Translations under genes and position numbers: made by a program
In this document: positions 61,951 through 64,000 of the stretch, one piece after another
How positions within the stretch are numbered: the first letter of the stretch is position 1
How the letters are laid out: the number at the start of each line of letters is the position of its first letter
Notes under the pieces: generated by a model
What the model saw: only the letters and a program-made list of their open reading frames with translations
Told to the model about the DNA's origin: nothing
Database searches by the model: none
DNA from: the human T2T-CHM13v2.0 reference genome, Homo sapiens
Direction: 5' to 3' (one strand)
Length of the DNA: 64,000 bases
Assembly (NCBI RefSeq): GCF_009914755.1
Contig: NC_060928.1

Positions 61951-64000
61951 AGTATATAATACACATTTTGGGTACCTTGATATTTTATGTACAGTATATA
62001 ATACATACTTTGGGTACTTTGATATTTTATGTACAGTATATAATGCATACTTTAGGTACTTTGATAGTTTTTGTACAGTATATAATACATACTTTGGGTA
62101 CTTTGATATTTTATGTACAGTATATAATACATACTTTGGGTACTTTGATATTTTATGTACAGTATATAATACATACTTTGGGTACTTTGATATTTTATCT
62201 ACAGTGTATAATATATACTTTGGGTACTTTGATATATTATGTACAGTATATAATACATACTTTGGGTACTTTGATATTTTATGTACAGTATATAATACAT
62301 ACTTTGGGTACTTTGATATTTTATGTACAGTATATAATACATACTTTCGGTACTTTGATATTTTATGTACAGTATATAATATATAGTTTGGGTACTTTGA
62401 TATTTTATGTACAGTATATAATACATACTTTGGGTACTTTGATATTTTATGTACAGTATATAATACATACTTTGGGTACTTTGATATTTTATGTACAGTA
62501 TATAATATATAGTTTGGGTACTTTGATAATTTATGTACAGTGTATAACACATACTTTGGGTACTTTGATATTTTATGTACAGTATATAATACATACTTTG
62601 GGTACTTTGATATTTTATATACAGTATATAATACATACTTTGGGTACTTTCATATTTCATCTACAGTTTATAATATATAGTTTGGGTACTTTGGTATATT
62701 ATGTACTGTATATAATACATACTTTGGGTACTTTGATATTTTATGTACAGTATATAATACATACTTTGGGTACTTTGATATTTTATGTACAGTATACAAT
62801 ATATACTTTGACTACTTTGATATTTTATGTCCAGTATAGAATATATAGTTTTGGTAGTTTGATATTTTATGTACAGTATATAGTTTGAGTACATTGATAT
62901 TTTATGTACACTTTATTATAAATGTTTGGATACTTTCATATTTTATGTACAGTATATAATACATACTTTGGGCACTTTGATATTTTATGTACAGTATACC
63001 ATACATACTTTGGGTACTTTGATATTTTATGTACAGTATATAATACATAATTTGGGTAATTTGATATTTTATGTACAGTGTATAATACATACTTTGGGTA
63101 CTTTGATATTTTATGTACAGTATATAATACATACATTGGGTACTTTGATATATTATGTACAGTATATAATACTTACTTGGGGTACTTTGATATTTTATGT
63201 ACTGTATATAATACATAGTTTGTGTACTTTGATATTTTATGTACAGTATATAATACATACTTTGGGAACTTTGATATTTTATGTACAGTATATAATACAT
63301 ACTTTGGGTATCTTGACATTTTATGTACAGTATATAATGCATACTTTGGGTACTTTGATATTTTATGTACAGTATATAATGCGTACTTTAGGTACTTTGA
63401 TATTTTATGTACAGTATGTAATACATACTTTGGGTACTTTGATATTTTATGTATAGTATATAATACATACTTTGTGTAGTTTGATATTTTATGTACAGTA
63501 TACAATATATAGTTTGAGTACTTTGTTATTTTATGTCCAGTATAAAATATATAGTTTTCGTAATTGATATTTTATGTACAGAATATAGTTTGAGTACTTT
63601 GATATTTTATGTACACTTTATTATAAATGTTTGGGTACTTTCAGATTTTATGTACAGTATATAATACATACATTGGTCTCTTTGATGTTTTATGTACAGT
63701 ATATAATACATACTTTGGGTTCTTTGATATTTTATGTACAGAATATAATGCATAGTATTTGGTACTTTTATATTTTATATACAGTATATAATACATACTT
63801 TGGGTACTTTGATATTTTATGTACAGTATATAATACATACTTTGGGAACTTTGATATTTTATGTACAGTATGTAATACATACTTTGGGTACTTTGATATT
63901 TTATGTACAGTATATAATACATAATATTGGTACTTTGATATTTTATGTACAGTATACAATATATAGTTTGAGTACTTTGATATTTTATGTCCAGTATAAA

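Larger units (their letters stand above)
1..64000. repeat. HSat1A (human satellite I simple sequence / SAR) tandem array, 42-bp monomer, ~1,540 copies, continues past both window edges
   Basis: Consensus ACTTTGATATTTTATGTACAGTATATAATACATACTTTGGGT (exact copy at 1271-1312) recurs head-to-tail throughout. Two GTAC (RsaI) sites per monomer give the classical 17-bp (ACATAAAATATCAAAGT on the minus strand) and 25-bp satellite I subunits. 76% AT; the + strand is T-rich throughout. Confidence 0.97.

Noticed and set aside
1-64000. Hundreds of ORFs up to 493 aa (LGTLIFYVQYIIHT, FGYFDILCTVYNTY, KYQSTQSMYYILYI and KYPKYVLYTVHKIS repeats)
   Set aside because: The monomer is 14 codons long and four of six frames lack stops in the consensus. 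ORFs overlap on both strands and mostly end at the frameshifting junction or at point variants. There is no domain, codon-position constraint or gene structure.
1-64000. CRISPR array, with conserved repeats and spacers
   Set aside because: There are no unique spacers; the segments between junctions are themselves 42-bp monomers. No cas genes or leader are present.
1-64000. Alpha satellite with CENP-B boxes, HSat1B or HSat2/3
   Set aside because: No 171-bp period, no CENP-B box (CpG nearly absent), no Alu-containing ~2.4-kb unit, and no CATTC repeats.
1-64000. Dense GTAC/TGTACA/AGTACT palindromes as restriction-modification or recombinase sites, hairpins or terminators
   Set aside because: They are intrinsic 4-6-bp features of the monomer. 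No long inverted repeats or associated enzyme genes were seen.
1-64000. G-quadruplex potential from the repeated GGG
   Set aside because: There is only one GGG per 42 bp, so loops of ~39 nt are far too long for a stable canonical G4.
1-64000. Assignment to a specific chromosome or species
   Set aside because: HSat1A occurs on several chromosomes (chr3, chr4 and the acrocentric short arms) and in related apes. This cannot be resolved without mapping to reference assemblies.

Overview
The whole 64-kb window is one uninterrupted, single-orientation array of the AT-rich 42-bp satellite HSat1A (classical human satellite I 'simple sequence', RepeatMasker SAR). This points to human or great-ape pericentromeric or acrocentric heterochromatin. 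The consensus monomer is ACTTTGATATTTTATGTACAGTATATAATACATACTTTGGGT (76% AT, no CpG, two GTAC sites giving 17+25-bp RsaI fragments), with about 1,540 copies. I found no genes, RNA genes, transposons or inversions; all ORFs are artefacts of a 14-codon repeat. The informative structure is higher-order. About 86 copies of a landmark junction (a 35-bp monomer followed by a 41-bp monomer) cut the array into cassettes of about 6-42 monomers. These cassettes are rearranged by nested tandem duplications (1,000, 2,527, 2,759, 3,194, 3,284 and 12,724 bp), a 2,347-bp deletion and a length-neutral conversion patch. The most speculative lead is that the minus-strand (A-rich) transcript would carry a perfect Pumilio response element (UGUACAUA) in most monomers, plus AAUAAA hexamers at many cassette boundaries. 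Counts and offsets come from reading by eye and from the ORF-track coordinates, not from a computed alignment.
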